A stretch of 64,000 nucleotides of DNA from contig JAQTTQ010000002.1 of the NCBI GenBank assembly GCA_028710685.1, positions 33,416 through 97,415 of the forward strand, written 5' to 3'. The translations under genes and the position numbers were made by a program. This DNA comes from Candidatus Omnitrophota bacterium (GTDB lineage Bacteria > Omnitrophota > Gorgyraeia > Gygaellales > Profunditerraquicolaceae). Position 1 is the first letter of the stretch; every line of letters begins with the position of its first letter. Positions 1-9,805 of this stretch are shown here, piece after piece. The notes under the pieces are model-generated. The model was not told the origin of the DNA. It ran no database searches and worked only from the letters and a program-made list of their open reading frames with translations.

Positions 1-701
1 TGGAGGGATTCGGGGCAGAAGAGTCCGGGATAATGGAAGGGGATAGGATTATTGCAATAGAGGGCAATAAAGTTAAGTATTGGGAAGAGCTGCAAAAGCA
101 GGTTTATTCCCGGCAGTCTCAAGACTATGTAAATGTTTCCCTGAAAAGGGGCGATGAAGACTTGACCCTTGCGGTTAGGATAAAGCAGAGGAGCATAGAG
201 GATCAAATAGGCCAGAAACGTAAGCTCGGCTTATTAGGCATTACCCCCTTTGACGAAGTAATTACGGTCAGGCATGGATTATTGGGTTCTTTTTACGCGT
301 CCTTCAATAAGACTAAAGATTTAACAATAATGACTTATAAGGCCTTAGGTTTTTTGGTTATGGGAAGAATTTCTATGCGTGAGTCTATGACTGGCCCTCT
401 GGGGATTTTTTTTATTACCTCTAGGGCTGCTAGTTTAGGTTTTATACCCTTATTGCACCTAATGGCTGTATTAAGCTTGAGCCTGGCGATATTCAATCTT
501 TTGCCCTTGCCTATTTTAGATGGCGGGCATATTATGTTTTTGGCATTGGAAAAGTTGCGGGGTAAGGCCTTAAGCCCTAAAATGGATAAGGCGGTTAATA
601 AAATTGGAATTACCCTTATTCTCTCCCTGGCTGTTTTTGTCACCTATAATGACATAGTCAGGAATTTCGGGGATAAGGTCTCTAAATTTTTTATCAGATA
701 A
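1..701 (+). CDS. rseP: RIP metalloprotease RseP (site-2 protease), C-terminal part; 5' end lies outside the window
   Basis: The reading frame is open back to position 3 (EGFGAEESGIMEGDRIIAIEGNKV..). A PDZ-like segment is followed by C-terminal TM helices with the LLPLPILDGGHIMF motif typical of S2P/RseP. Confidence 0.8.
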   Translation, partial: EGFGAEESGIMEGDRIIAIEGNKVKYWEELQKQVYSRQSQDYVNVSLKRGDEDLTLAVRIKQRSIEDQIGQKRKLGLLGITPFDEVITVRHGLLGSFYASFNKTKDLTIMTYKALGFLVMGRISMRESMTGPLGIFFITSRAASLGFIPLLHLMAVLSLSLAIFNLLPLPILDGGHIMFLALEKLRGKALSPKMDKAVNKIGITLILSLAVFVTYNDIVRNFGDKVSKFFIR

Positions 702-1760
702 ATGGTTATCAATAGAGATAGAAAGAGAATAATAAAAGTCGGGAAAGTCGCTATAGGCGGGAATAATCCTATTGTTATTCAGTCTATGCTCAAGGTGAAG
801 TCCTCTGACATAGAGAAGGCCCTGCGGCAGATTGCTGAATTAAGCGATGCCGGATGCCAGATTGTCCGTTTAGCCGTTAAGGATAAGGATGATGCCCTTG
901 CTTTTAAGAAGATAAAACGTAAATCCAGACTGCCTTTGGTAGCGGATATACATTTTGATTACAGGCTTGCCCTTATGGCCATAGATAGTGGCGCGGATAA
1001 GGTGCGGCTTAATCCCGGTAATATATATAAGAAGAAAGAGATAATGGAGGTTGTCAGTGCCTTGAAATCCGCAAGAATACCCTTACGCATCGGGCTTAAT
1101 TCAGGATCAGTTGATGGGGCTGGAGAAAGAGGGATAAGCATGCCGGATAGGTTAGTTAAAAGCGCCCTTTCTTATATAAAGATAATTGAGGGTTATAAAT
1201 TCCGCGATATAATAGTTTCACTTAAGGCCTCGAATGTATTGGATACTATTGCGGCATACCGTAAGATGGCTAAGGCTTGTGATTATCCCCTTCATCTGGG
1301 GGTAACCGCTACCGGTGCTTCATTCGCAGGGGTGATAAAGTCAAGTATTGCTTTAGGCGCTTTATTGCTTGAGGGTATAGGCGATACAATAAGAGTCTCC
1401 CTTACTGATAATCCGGTGCGTGAAGTTTATGCCGCTAAGGCAATATTAGAATCCCTAAACCTGAGTAGTTTCGGGCCTAAGATTATAAGCTGTCCTACCT
1501 GCGGACGCTGTGAAGTAGACCTGGTCAAGCTGGTTAATGCATTTGAAAACAGGGTATCTTCTTTGAACCTGAAGCCGATAAAAGTGGCACTTATGGGATG
1601 CGTGGTTAACGGGCCCGGGGAGGCAAAAGAGGCAGATGTTGGCGTAGCCTTTGGCAAGAGGGATGGGTTATTGTTTAGGGGCGGTAAGCCTATAAGAAAG
1701 ATTAATTTTTCAGAGTGCAGCGATATCTTATTAAAGGAAATGGAGAATAAAGATGGTTAA
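702..1760 (+). CDS. ispG: 4-hydroxy-3-methylbut-2-enyl diphosphate synthase (IspG/GcpE)
   Basis: 352 aa. N-term KVGKVAIGGNNPIVIQSM and the C-terminal CPTCGRC FeS motif are diagnostic of GcpE. Confidence 0.9.
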   Translation: MVINRDRKRIIKVGKVAIGGNNPIVIQSMLKVKSSDIEKALRQIAELSDAGCQIVRLAVKDKDDALAFKKIKRKSRLPLVADIHFDYRLALMAIDSGADKVRLNPGNIYKKKEIMEVVSALKSARIPLRIGLNSGSVDGAGERGISMPDRLVKSALSYIKIIEGYKFRDIIVSLKASNVLDTIAAYRKMAKACDYPLHLGVTATGASFAGVIKSSIALGALLLEGIGDTIRVSLTDNPVREVYAAKAILESLNLSSFGPKIISCPTCGRCEVDLVKLVNAFENRVSSLNLKPIKVALMGCVVNGPGEAKEADVGVAFGKRDGLLFRGGKPIRKINFSECSDILLKEMENKDG

Positions 1761-3012
1761 GGACCTGAAGATTAAAGTTAGGGACAGGGTAATAGTTGAA
1801 TATGGCAGGCTTTTTTCCGCAGAGGATATCTCCTCCGATGAATTAAAAGAGGCTATCGTGCAGACCTTAAATACTATTATCTATCACGAACGTATTAATT
1901 TGGGATCTGCTGAGAGAGAAGTGATTATCCGCGATATCTTGGATGATTTTATTGGTTTTGGCCCGATTGACAGCCTGATGAAAGATAGCCGTGTTACTGA
2001 AATAATGATAAACGGTCCTAAAAAGGTTTTTATTGAACGTAATGGCAAGTCTGAGCTCTCTGATATTACCTTTGAAGATGATAAGCAGCTGATGTATTTA
2101 ATTTATAAGCTCCTTGCTCCAACAAGGCGCAGGATCGATGAGTCTTCACCGTATAATGATGTATCCCTGAAGGACGGATCGCGCGTAAATATTATTATAC
2201 CGCCTCTTGCATTAGATGGGCCTACGGTGACTATAAGAAAATTCTTAAAAGACCTCAGAGTCGTTGAGGATCTGATTAATGCAAATACATTAGATAGGCG
2301 GATGGCTGATTTCCTGGTTGCCTGTATTAAGGCTAAAGTGAACATAATGTTCTCCGGTTCAACCGGTGCAGGCAAGACTACTACCCTTGGGGTTCTTGCA
2401 AATTATATACCCGGGGAAGAGCGTATTATTACCATAGAGGATACTGCCGAGCTTCATTTAAATCAACCAAACTTAGTAAGGTTAGAGACGAGGATGCAGA
2501 GTATTGAAGGCAAGGGAGAGGTTAGCATAAGGGACCTTTTTAAGAATTCCCTTCGTATGCGTCCGGAGAGGATTATTTTAGGCGAGATAAGAAGTTCCGA
2601 GGCGCTTGATATGCTTCAGGCAATCTGCTCTGGCCATACAGGCTCGCTTGCGGTATTGCATGCCAATACTCCGCAAGAAGTAATATACAGGATTGAAACC
2701 ATGATATTAACCTCCGGCATACCGATAGGCCTTGATGCTATTCATCGCCAGATGACTGCGGCTATGGATATCATTGTTCAGCAGGAGCAACTGTTGGATG
2801 GTTCGCGCAAGATTACTTATATCACCCAGATTAACGGTTTGGAGGGCGGGCAGGTAAATTTGGAGAATATATTTATTTACGATTTAGAAGGGGTAAGTAA
2901 GGAAGGGGTAGTATCGGGTAAATGGAAGGCTACGGGTATAATCCCTAAGTTCTTTAAGAGATTTGAGAAATCCGGAGTGCCTTTGCCTAAAGAAATATTT
3001 AATAAGGATTAA
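1753..3012 (+). CDS. CpaF/TadA-family type II/IV secretion-system ATPase (orphan)
   Basis: 419 aa. Walker A GSTGAGKTTTL, a CpaF-like N-domain and RIILGEIRSSEALDMLQA. Its start overlaps ispG by 8 nt. Confidence 0.8.
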   Translation: MVKDLKIKVRDRVIVEYGRLFSAEDISSDELKEAIVQTLNTIIYHERINLGSAEREVIIRDILDDFIGFGPIDSLMKDSRVTEIMINGPKKVFIERNGKSELSDITFEDDKQLMYLIYKLLAPTRRRIDESSPYNDVSLKDGSRVNIIIPPLALDGPTVTIRKFLKDLRVVEDLINANTLDRRMADFLVACIKAKVNIMFSGSTGAGKTTTLGVLANYIPGEERIITIEDTAELHLNQPNLVRLETRMQSIEGKGEVSIRDLFKNSLRMRPERIILGEIRSSEALDMLQAICSGHTGSLAVLHANTPQEVIYRIETMILTSGIPIGLDAIHRQMTAAMDIIVQQEQLLDGSRKITYITQINGLEGGQVNLENIFIYDLEGVSKEGVVSGKWKATGIIPKFFKRFEKSGVPLPKEIFNKD

Positions 3013-3013
3013 A

Positions 3014-4264
3014 ATGTTCTGGACGAAAACTTTAATACCTACTTTAAAAGAGGTTCCGCAAGAGGCTGAATCAGTAAGCCACCAGCTATTGTTGCGCGCA
3101 GGGCTTGCCCGGATGCTGATGGCAGGGGCGTATTCTTATCTTCCTTTAGGCCTAAGGGTATTAGAGAATATTCAAAAGATTATTATTGAAGAGATGAATT
3201 TTTGCTCTGGTGCGCAGGTATTGCTTCCGGCATTACAGCCTTTAGAGTTATGGCAGCGTTCGGGACGCGATAAAGATATCGGCGAGGTAATGTTCAGATT
3301 TAATGACCGCCGCGGCAGAAAGCTTTGTTTAGGGCCTACGCATGAAGAAATCATTACAGAGTTGATAAAAAACCATGTTTCTAGTTACAAACAGTTGCCC
3401 CTGCTTTTATACCAGATCCAGACGAAATTTCGCGATGAAATCAGGCCGCGTTTTGGTTTAATCAGGGCATGCGAATTTATCATGAAAGATGCCTATAGTT
3501 TTGACCAGGATGAAGAAGGGTTAGAGAAGAATTACCGGATTATGTATGAGGCCTATTTAAGGATTTTTAAGAGATGCGGGCTGGACGTGCTTTCGATAGA
3601 GGCAGATTCCGGGGTTATGGGGGGGAAAGTATCTCATGAATTTATGGTTTCGGCAAAAGACGGAGAAGACGCGGTATTAATCTGCCCTACTTGTAAAAGC
3701 GTCATGGCCTTTAAAGAAGAAGCTGATAAGGTTTGTGTTAAATGTAAGGCCCATCTACAAAAGATAAATGCGATAGAGATCGGGCATATCTTTAAGCTAG
3801 GCACAAAATACAGCCTTGCCTTAGGCGCTAATTTCTTAGATGCCAAAGGCAACCTTAAACCTATAATTATGGGTTGTTACGGGATAGGCGTCTCCAGGAT
3901 TATCTCGGCGGCGATAGAACAAAATCATGATAATGACGGAATCATCTGGCCTAAAGAATTATCTCCGTATCAAGTAATAATTACGGCCTTAGATGTTACC
4001 AATAAAGATATAATGGAAATTTCTTTAAGTTTATATGAAGAGCTTGGCGCTTTAGGTATTAGCGTGTTATTGGATGATCGGGATGAACGGGCAGGGGTTA
4101 AGTTTAAGGATGCCGACCTATTGGGGATACCTTTGCAGTTAATAGTCGGTAAGGGGTCTCTAAAGGATGGTTCGCTTGAGTTGAAAAACAGGATTACCAA
4201 GGAAAAACTTATTAAGTCCAGAGTAGAGATATTAAAGGAGCTGGCTCAACAGATTCATGGGTAG
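3014..4264 (+). CDS. proS: Prolyl-tRNA synthetase, bacterial type lacking the INS editing domain
   Basis: Start is the ATG at 3014 (MFWTKT..), not the upstream ORF start at 2963 that overlaps the ATPase. Class II motifs 2 (FRDEIRPRFGLIRACEF) and 3 (GCYGIGVSRII) are present, followed by a C-terminal anticodon-binding domain. Confidence 0.85.
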   Translation: MFWTKTLIPTLKEVPQEAESVSHQLLLRAGLARMLMAGAYSYLPLGLRVLENIQKIIIEEMNFCSGAQVLLPALQPLELWQRSGRDKDIGEVMFRFNDRRGRKLCLGPTHEEIITELIKNHVSSYKQLPLLLYQIQTKFRDEIRPRFGLIRACEFIMKDAYSFDQDEEGLEKNYRIMYEAYLRIFKRCGLDVLSIEADSGVMGGKVSHEFMVSAKDGEDAVLICPTCKSVMAFKEEADKVCVKCKAHLQKINAIEIGHIFKLGTKYSLALGANFLDAKGNLKPIIMGCYGIGVSRIISAAIEQNHDNDGIIWPKELSPYQVIITALDVTNKDIMEISLSLYEELGALGISVLLDDRDERAGVKFKDADLLGIPLQLIVGKGSLKDGSLELKNRITKEKLIKSRVEILKELAQQIHG

Positions 4265-4715
4265 AGATCTATTAACGGAGGAACTGGATTTATCCCTTAG
4301 GGATTATTTTAGGTCTGCGGGCTTTATCCTGGTTGAGACGATTCTTAGATATGAAGGAGGAGTCCTTGTTTTAAGAATTCTTGCAGATAGGCCTGAGGGC
4401 GGGATTAATATGGATGAGTGCGCGATACTCAATCGTGATATAGGCAGGTTTCTGGATGAAAAAGATATTATCAGGGATAGGTATATACTTGAAGTGGCCT
4501 CTCCCGGGTTAGACCGGGCACTTAGAACCAAAGAAGATTTTTCGAGATTTTTAAATGAAAAGGTAAGGTTTTTTTTAAACAATCCTATAAACGGTAAAAT
4601 AGAGTGGGATGGATTGATAGTACGGGTAGAGGAAGAGAGTGTTTTTGTCAATATAAACGGGGAGAATGTTGAGGTGCCTTTTATAAAGATTAACAAGGCA
4701 AAACTTATCATTTGA
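4257..4715 (+). CDS. rimP: Ribosome maturation factor RimP
   Basis: 152 aa in the RimP family (ILVETILRYEGGVLVLRILADRPEGGINMDECA..). Sits in the conserved rimP-nusA-infB order. Confidence 0.8.
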   Translation: MGRDLLTEELDLSLRDYFRSAGFILVETILRYEGGVLVLRILADRPEGGINMDECAILNRDIGRFLDEKDIIRDRYILEVASPGLDRALRTKEDFSRFLNEKVRFFLNNPINGKIEWDGLIVRVEEESVFVNINGENVEVPFIKINKAKLII

Positions 4716-4735
4716 CATAATCGGAGAGTGTAAAA

Positions 4736-5965
4736 ATGAGCCAGGAATTGTTAGCAATAATCGAACAGATAGAGAGAGAAAAAGGGATTAAGAAGGAGGT
4801 TTTAATCGAGGCAGTGGAGAGTGCCCTGCTCAGCGCGGCTAAAAGGGTCATTGATTTAAAGCCCGATGAAGAATTCAAGGTAGAGCTGGACCGTAACAGT
4901 GGTAAGATACGCGCCTATAGAAATGAAGAAGAGGTTACCTCTATAGATTTTGGCCGTATTGCCGCCTCTACCGCGCGTCAGGTTATTATTCAAAAGATGC
5001 GTGAAGCAGAAAAAGATGTTATTTTCAATGAGTTCCAGGGGAGGGTGGGCGAGATTGTAAGCGGCACAGTTTATAGGTTTGAAAAAGGCAATATCGTTAT
5101 AGATCTTTTGGGTAAGGCTGAGGGGATACTCGTTAAGCGCGAACAGTCTCCCAAGGAAGAATTTAAGCAAGGGCAGCGTATACGCGCCCTATTGTTGGAT
5201 GTAAAAAAAGAATCCAGGGGCGCACAGATTATCCTTTCGCGTACCCACCCTAATCTGGTTAAGAAACTGTTTGAGCTTGAAGTGCCGGAAATTTATGAGG
5301 GCATAGTAGAGGTTAAGTCAATATCCCGCCAGGCCGGAGAGCGTACAAAGATCTCAGTCTATTCGAAGAATGATAAAGTCGATTCTGTAGGCGCTTGTGT
5401 AGGTATGCGCGGCAATAGGGTAAGAAATATCGTTAATGAGTTATACGGGGAGAAGATAGATATAGTGCGTTTTAATGAAGATATACGCGAGTATATTAAA
5501 AACGCCCTTTCACCGGCAAAGGTTTCGGAAATAAAATTGGATAAGGAAAAACTTAAGGCCGAAGTTATTGTTGAAGATGACCAGCTTTCTTTATCCATAG
5601 GCAAGCACGGCCAAAATGTGCGGCTTGCATCAAGGCTGATTGGCTGGGAACTTGATATCCGCACCAAGGCCGCTAAAGAGCAGGATCAGGAGAAAGAGAA
5701 GGCAGAAAAAGCCCTCTCCTTAGGGCAGGAAGAATCAGCAGTGGTTGAGAAAACCAAGAAAAAGACGAAGAAGTCCAAGAAGCCTTTAGCCTCGCTGGAA
5801 GATTTGCCGGGCTTAGGTGAGAAAACTATAGTAGCCTTAAAGGATGCCGGAATAAATTCATTAGCCGAGCTTATTGGTGCTGAGCAAGAGGGCTTAATGA
5901 AGATTAAGGGAATTGGCGAAAAAAAAGCTGCTAAGTTAATTGCGGATGCCAAGAAGTTAAAATAA
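4736..5965 (+). CDS. nusA: Transcription termination/antitermination factor NusA
   Basis: 409 aa. Characteristic N-term (MSQELLAIIEQIEREKGI), S1/KH domains and a C-terminal HhH. Confidence 0.9.
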   Translation: MSQELLAIIEQIEREKGIKKEVLIEAVESALLSAAKRVIDLKPDEEFKVELDRNSGKIRAYRNEEEVTSIDFGRIAASTARQVIIQKMREAEKDVIFNEFQGRVGEIVSGTVYRFEKGNIVIDLLGKAEGILVKREQSPKEEFKQGQRIRALLLDVKKESRGAQIILSRTHPNLVKKLFELEVPEIYEGIVEVKSISRQAGERTKISVYSKNDKVDSVGACVGMRGNRVRNIVNELYGEKIDIVRFNEDIREYIKNALSPAKVSEIKLDKEKLKAEVIVEDDQLSLSIGKHGQNVRLASRLIGWELDIRTKAAKEQDQEKEKAEKALSLGQEESAVVEKTKKKTKKSKKPLASLEDLPGLGEKTIVALKDAGINSLAELIGAEQEGLMKIKGIGEKKAAKLIADAKKLK

Positions 5966-5997
5966 TTATTCATAAGACAGGAAGAAGGTAGAATATT

Positions 5998-8070
5998 ATG
6001 GTGAAAGAGAGCAAGGTAAAGAAGACGGTAAAGAAGGAGTCTCCCCTTAAGGTTAAGAAGGCGGTAAAAAAGGCGGTTAAGAAAGCTACGGCTGTTAAGG
6101 CTGTTAAAAAGTCCGCCACTTTGGCAAAAACTAAAATTAAAAAAATAGTTAATCCTGTTTCTATTACGCATGAACCAAGGCCTAAAGTTGAAGTTAAGGT
6201 TGAGGCTCAGGTAAAGCCTAAGGTTGTAGTTATTCCCAAGGCTGTGGTTACCCCTAAGGTTGAAATTAAGGAAGAAATTCAGGAAAGGCCTAAGGTTTCT
6301 CCTCCTGCGGTTGAGTCCAGGGAGTTAGAACTAGAGCTTCCAATCACCCTGAAAGACCTTGCTATTAAGCTTCAGGAGAAACCCTCGGTTATTATTAAGA
6401 TCCTTATGGGCATGAAAATAATGGCCGGAATAAACCAGAGCCTGGATGAGAACTCTGTTAATTCTATTTGCGAGAAATATCATTTTAAAGTTAAGAAGGC
6501 CTTGAAAGGCGAGGAGCTGGCCTTATGTATGCATACCGTGGAAGATGGTAAAAAAGATTTAAAGCCGCGTTCTCCGGTAGTTACATTTATGGGCCATGTT
6601 GATCATGGTAAGACCTCGCTTTTGGATGCGATAAGGAAGACCAAGGTTGCTGAATCCGAACATGGAGGCATAACTCAACATATTGGCGCATACCGGGTTA
6701 TTGTGCCAAACGGCGAGATTACATTCTTAGATACCCCTGGCCATGAAGCCTTTACTGCTATGCGCTCACGCGGAGCTAAGATTACCGATATTGTTGTTTT
6801 GGTTGTTGCTGCTGATGACGGTATTATGCCTCAGACCCAGGAAGCCATAGATCATGCCCGGGCAGCAGGAGTATCTATCATTGTAGCTATTAACAAGATT
6901 GATAAGGCAGGGGCTGATGTTGATTTGGTGAAAAAGCAATTAGCTAAACTTGGTCTTAATCCTGAAGATTGGGGAGGTAAGGTCATAGTTGTACCGGTAT
7001 CAGCTAAAACCGGGGAAGGCATAGATAATCTTTTGGAGATGATTATATTGGAGTCTCAGATGCTGGAATTAAAGGCTAATCCAAGCCGTTTATCCCGAGG
7101 TGTAGTGATAGAGGCCCAGATGTCTAAGGGGAGGGGCCCGGTAGCAACGCTTTTAGTTCAAAATGGGACATTGCATCTAAATGAAAATATCATTGTAGGC
7201 AGTTTCTACGGTAAGATCAGGGCAATGTTTAATGACCGCGGGCAGGCAGTTACTTCTGCATCTCCTTCTGTTGCGGTGGAGGTTTTGGGGATATCCGGTA
7301 TTCCTGCGGCAGGGGAGCAGTTTTTTTCCATTGCCGACGAGAAAGAGGCCAAAGGATTGGCAGTTTTACGTTTGGAGAAAGAAAAAGCAGAACAGGTTAA
7401 GTCTGTAAAACGCATAAGCCTGGAGGATCTGCATTCTCAGATTAAAGAAGGAAAGATAAAAGAGTTAAAGCTTATTATAAAGGCAGATGTCCAGGGCTCG
7501 CTTGAGGCTATTAGAGAGACATTAAACAAGATGAATGTCTCAGAGATAAAAATTGATTTTATACATTCCGGTGTCGGCAATATCAATAGTTCCGATATTA
7601 TCCTGGCTGTTGCATCGGATGCCTTAATTCTGGGTTTTAATGTGGCCGTAGACGATTTGGCTAAAGAATTGATGGTTAAGGAGGGGGTAGATGTCAAGAC
7701 CTATAACATTATTTATGAATTAGCCAATGATATTAAGGCAGCTATTGAGGGGATGCTTGAGCCTAAGATAAAGAAGGTATTTTTAGGAAAGGTTGAGGTG
7801 CGTAAGGTCTTTAAGCTTACCCGTGCGGGTTTAATCGCGGGTTGTTTTGTAGCTAAGGGAAAGATTAACCGAGTTTGTCTGGTAAGTTTGACCAGGAACG
7901 GAGCGGTTGTTTTTGAAGGTAAGCTGTCATCCCTGAAGCGCTTTAAAGATGATGTGCGTGAGGTTTTGGAGGGTTTTGAGTGCGGTATCAGCTTAGCCGG
8001 TTTTGATCAGATGTTAGAAGGCGATATTATCGAGGCCTATTTGGAAGAGAGAATAGCCAGGACAATATGA
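5998..8070 (+). CDS. infB: Translation initiation factor IF-2
   Basis: 690 aa. Lys/Ala/Val-rich N-terminus, GTPase G-domain ([21 protein letters not shown]) and a C-terminal beta-barrel. Confidence 0.9.
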   Translation: MVKESKVKKTVKKESPLKVKKAVKKAVKKATAVKAVKKSATLAKTKIKKIVNPVSITHEPRPKVEVKVEAQVKPKVVVIPKAVVTPKVEIKEEIQERPKVSPPAVESRELELELPITLKDLAIKLQEKPSVIIKILMGMKIMAGINQSLDENSVNSICEKYHFKVKKALKGEELALCMHTVEDGKKDLKPRSPVVTFMGHVDHGKTSLLDAIRKTKVAESEHGGITQHIGAYRVIVPNGEITFLDTPGHEAFTAMRSRGAKITDIVVLVVAADDGIMPQTQEAIDHARAAGVSIIVAINKIDKAGADVDLVKKQLAKLGLNPEDWGGKVIVVPVSAKTGEGIDNLLEMIILESQMLELKANPSRLSRGVVIEAQMSKGRGPVATLLVQNGTLHLNENIIVGSFYGKIRAMFNDRGQAVTSASPSVAVEVLGISGIPAAGEQFFSIADEKEAKGLAVLRLEKEKAEQVKSVKRISLEDLHSQIKEGKIKELKLIIKADVQGSLEAIRETLNKMNVSEIKIDFIHSGVGNINSSDIILAVASDALILGFNVAVDDLAKELMVKEGVDVKTYNIIYELANDIKAAIEGMLEPKIKKVFLGKVEVRKVFKLTRAGLIAGCFVAKGKINRVCLVSLTRNGAVVFEGKLSSLKRFKDDVREVLEGFECGISLAGFDQMLEGDIIEAYLEERIARTI

Positions 8071-9047
8071 AAAAGGTGATCTTAAGCGGGATGCGCCCTA
8101 CGGGTAAATTACACTTAGGGCATCTTGCAGGGGCATTGGATAACTGGGTTAAGCTTCAGAAGGAATACCAGTGTTTTTTCATGGTTGCTGATTGGCATGC
8201 GCTGATGAGCGAGTATGAGAATACCTCGCTGCTCTCAGAAAACATAATCGATAATGTAGTGGACTGGCTGAGCGTGGGTATTGACCCTAAAGAATCGGTC
8301 ATATTTATACAATCTAAAATACCCGAACACCTTAATTTACACATGATCTTCTCCTGCCTTACCCCTTTGGGCATACTTGAGCGTTGCCCGACCTATAAAG
8401 AGCAATTAAGAGAAGTTAAAACCAGGGATTTAAATACCTATGGTTTCCTGGGATATCCGGTATTGCAGGCAGCAGATATTCTGCTTTATAAGGCTGATAA
8501 GGTTCCGGTGGGGCGCGATCAACTACCGCATCTAGAGCTTACCAGGGAGATAGCCCGCCTTTTTAATAATCTGTATAAAAAGGATATTTTTCCTTATCCG
8601 GATGCAATATTAACGCAGACCCCTAAGCTCTTAGGTTTAGACGGAAGAAAAATGAGTAAAAGCTATGCCAATACCATAAACCTCTCTGATCCCCCGCAAG
8701 TTATAACTAAGAAGATCTCGACTATGTTTACGGACCCAAAGAGGATTAAGTTAACCGACCAGGGGCATCCCAATAGCTGCAATGTTTTTTCTTACTACAC
8801 TACATTTATCCCCGGTATGAAAGATGAGGTTTACAGTTGGTGCATAGCCGCAAAAAAAGGGTGCACTGATTGTAAGAAGATCTTGGCAGAGAATATTATT
8901 GATAAAATTTCTCCTATCCAAAGAAAAAGGGAAGAGCTTTGCAAAGATATAGGAGAGGTAAGAAAGATTATCCTTAAAGGAAATAATGAGGCCCAGTCTT
9001 TGGCGGCTAAGACTATGAAAGAGGTTTCTAAGGCGGTTAATATATGA
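8067..9047 (+). CDS. trpS: Tryptophanyl-tRNA synthetase
   Basis: Class I HIGH-like motif (TGKLHLGH) and KMSKS. Start overlaps infB in an ATGA junction. Confidence 0.9.
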   Translation: MKKVILSGMRPTGKLHLGHLAGALDNWVKLQKEYQCFFMVADWHALMSEYENTSLLSENIIDNVVDWLSVGIDPKESVIFIQSKIPEHLNLHMIFSCLTPLGILERCPTYKEQLREVKTRDLNTYGFLGYPVLQAADILLYKADKVPVGRDQLPHLELTREIARLFNNLYKKDIFPYPDAILTQTPKLLGLDGRKMSKSYANTINLSDPPQVITKKISTMFTDPKRIKLTDQGHPNSCNVFSYYTTFIPGMKDEVYSWCIAAKKGCTDCKKILAENIIDKISPIQRKREELCKDIGEVRKIILKGNNEAQSLAAKTMKEVSKAVNI

Positions 9048-9805
9048 GCTATAAAATAAAGCTTGAGTTATTTGAGGGGCCGCTGGACCTGCTTTTATAC
9101 CTGGTAAAAAAAGATCATCTGAATATTTACGATATTCCTATAGCCAAGGTAACCGAGCAGTACCTTCAGTATATTAATCTTATGCAGCTTTTGGATTTGA
9201 ATATCGCAGGAGAATTTTTAGTTATGGCGGCTACCCTTATGCAGATTAAATCTAAGATGCTTTTGCCCGCCGAGGAAGGCCAGGAAGAGTCCGGGGATCA
9301 GGAAGATCCGCGGGAGGAATTAGTTAAGAGGCTTCTGGAGTATGAGAAATTTAAAGAGATAGCTGAAAATTTAAGGCAAAAAGAATCTGATCAACGCGAG
9401 GTATACAAGAGGCCGAAAGTAGAAATAGATACGAAAGAAGAAAAAGGCAAGGATGTATATTTTGAGGCTAGCATATTTGACCTGATTAATGCTTTCTCTA
9501 AGGCCCTTAAAGATGTACCTAAGGAAGTTTTTTATGAGGTAGTAAAGGACCAATTTACGGTTGAGCAGGCTACTCATGAAATACTGCATTTATTATTAGT
9601 GAGGTCGCAGGTAAAACTCTCAGAGTTATTCTCTAAGGCAAAGAATAAAATGGATATAATTGTTACCTTTCTGGCGGTATTGGAATTGATCCGGGTGAAA
9701 GAGATTATCGCCAGGCAAAACCAGCTTTTTGAAGACATTGAAATCTTGAGGAATAAGGAGAATATCATACCTTATGAGCGAAGAGACGAGAGAAGCACTG
9801 ATTAA
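9044..9805 (+). CDS. scpA: Segregation and condensation protein A (ScpA kleisin)
   Basis: N-term LELFEGPLDLLLYLVKKDHLNIYDIPIAKVTEQY is typical ScpA. Confidence 0.85.
   Translation: MSYKIKLELFEGPLDLLLYLVKKDHLNIYDIPIAKVTEQYLQYINLMQLLDLNIAGEFLVMAATLMQIKSKMLLPAEEGQEESGDQEDPREELVKRLLEYEKFKEIAENLRQKESDQREVYKRPKVEIDTKEEKGKDVYFEASIFDLINAFSKALKDVPKEVFYEVVKDQFTVEQATHEILHLLLVRSQVKLSELFSKAKNKMDIIVTFLAVLELIRVKEIIARQNQLFEDIEILRNKENIIPYERRDERSTD

Noticed and set aside
2963-3013. Upstream extension of proS in the ORF track (MRNPECLCLKKYLIRIK..)
   Set aside because: It overlaps the preceding ATPase gene by 50 nt and adds residues not found at ProRS N-termini. The ATG at 3014 (MFWTKT) gives a canonical start. 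Similar trimming was applied to the ORF-track starts at 16352, 18119, 18991, 25422 and 55812.
5686-6171. 161-aa minus-strand ORF spanning the nusA/infB junction
   Set aside because: It is antisense to two strongly supported genes. Its composition reflects the reverse complement of Lys/Glu-rich coding sequence.
6000-6300. Apparent tandem DNA repeats (AAGAAGGCGGTTAAG-like units)
   Set aside because: They encode the Lys/Ala/Val-rich low-complexity N-terminal region of IF-2 ([19 protein letters not shown]..). This is a coding repeat, not a CRISPR or satellite array.
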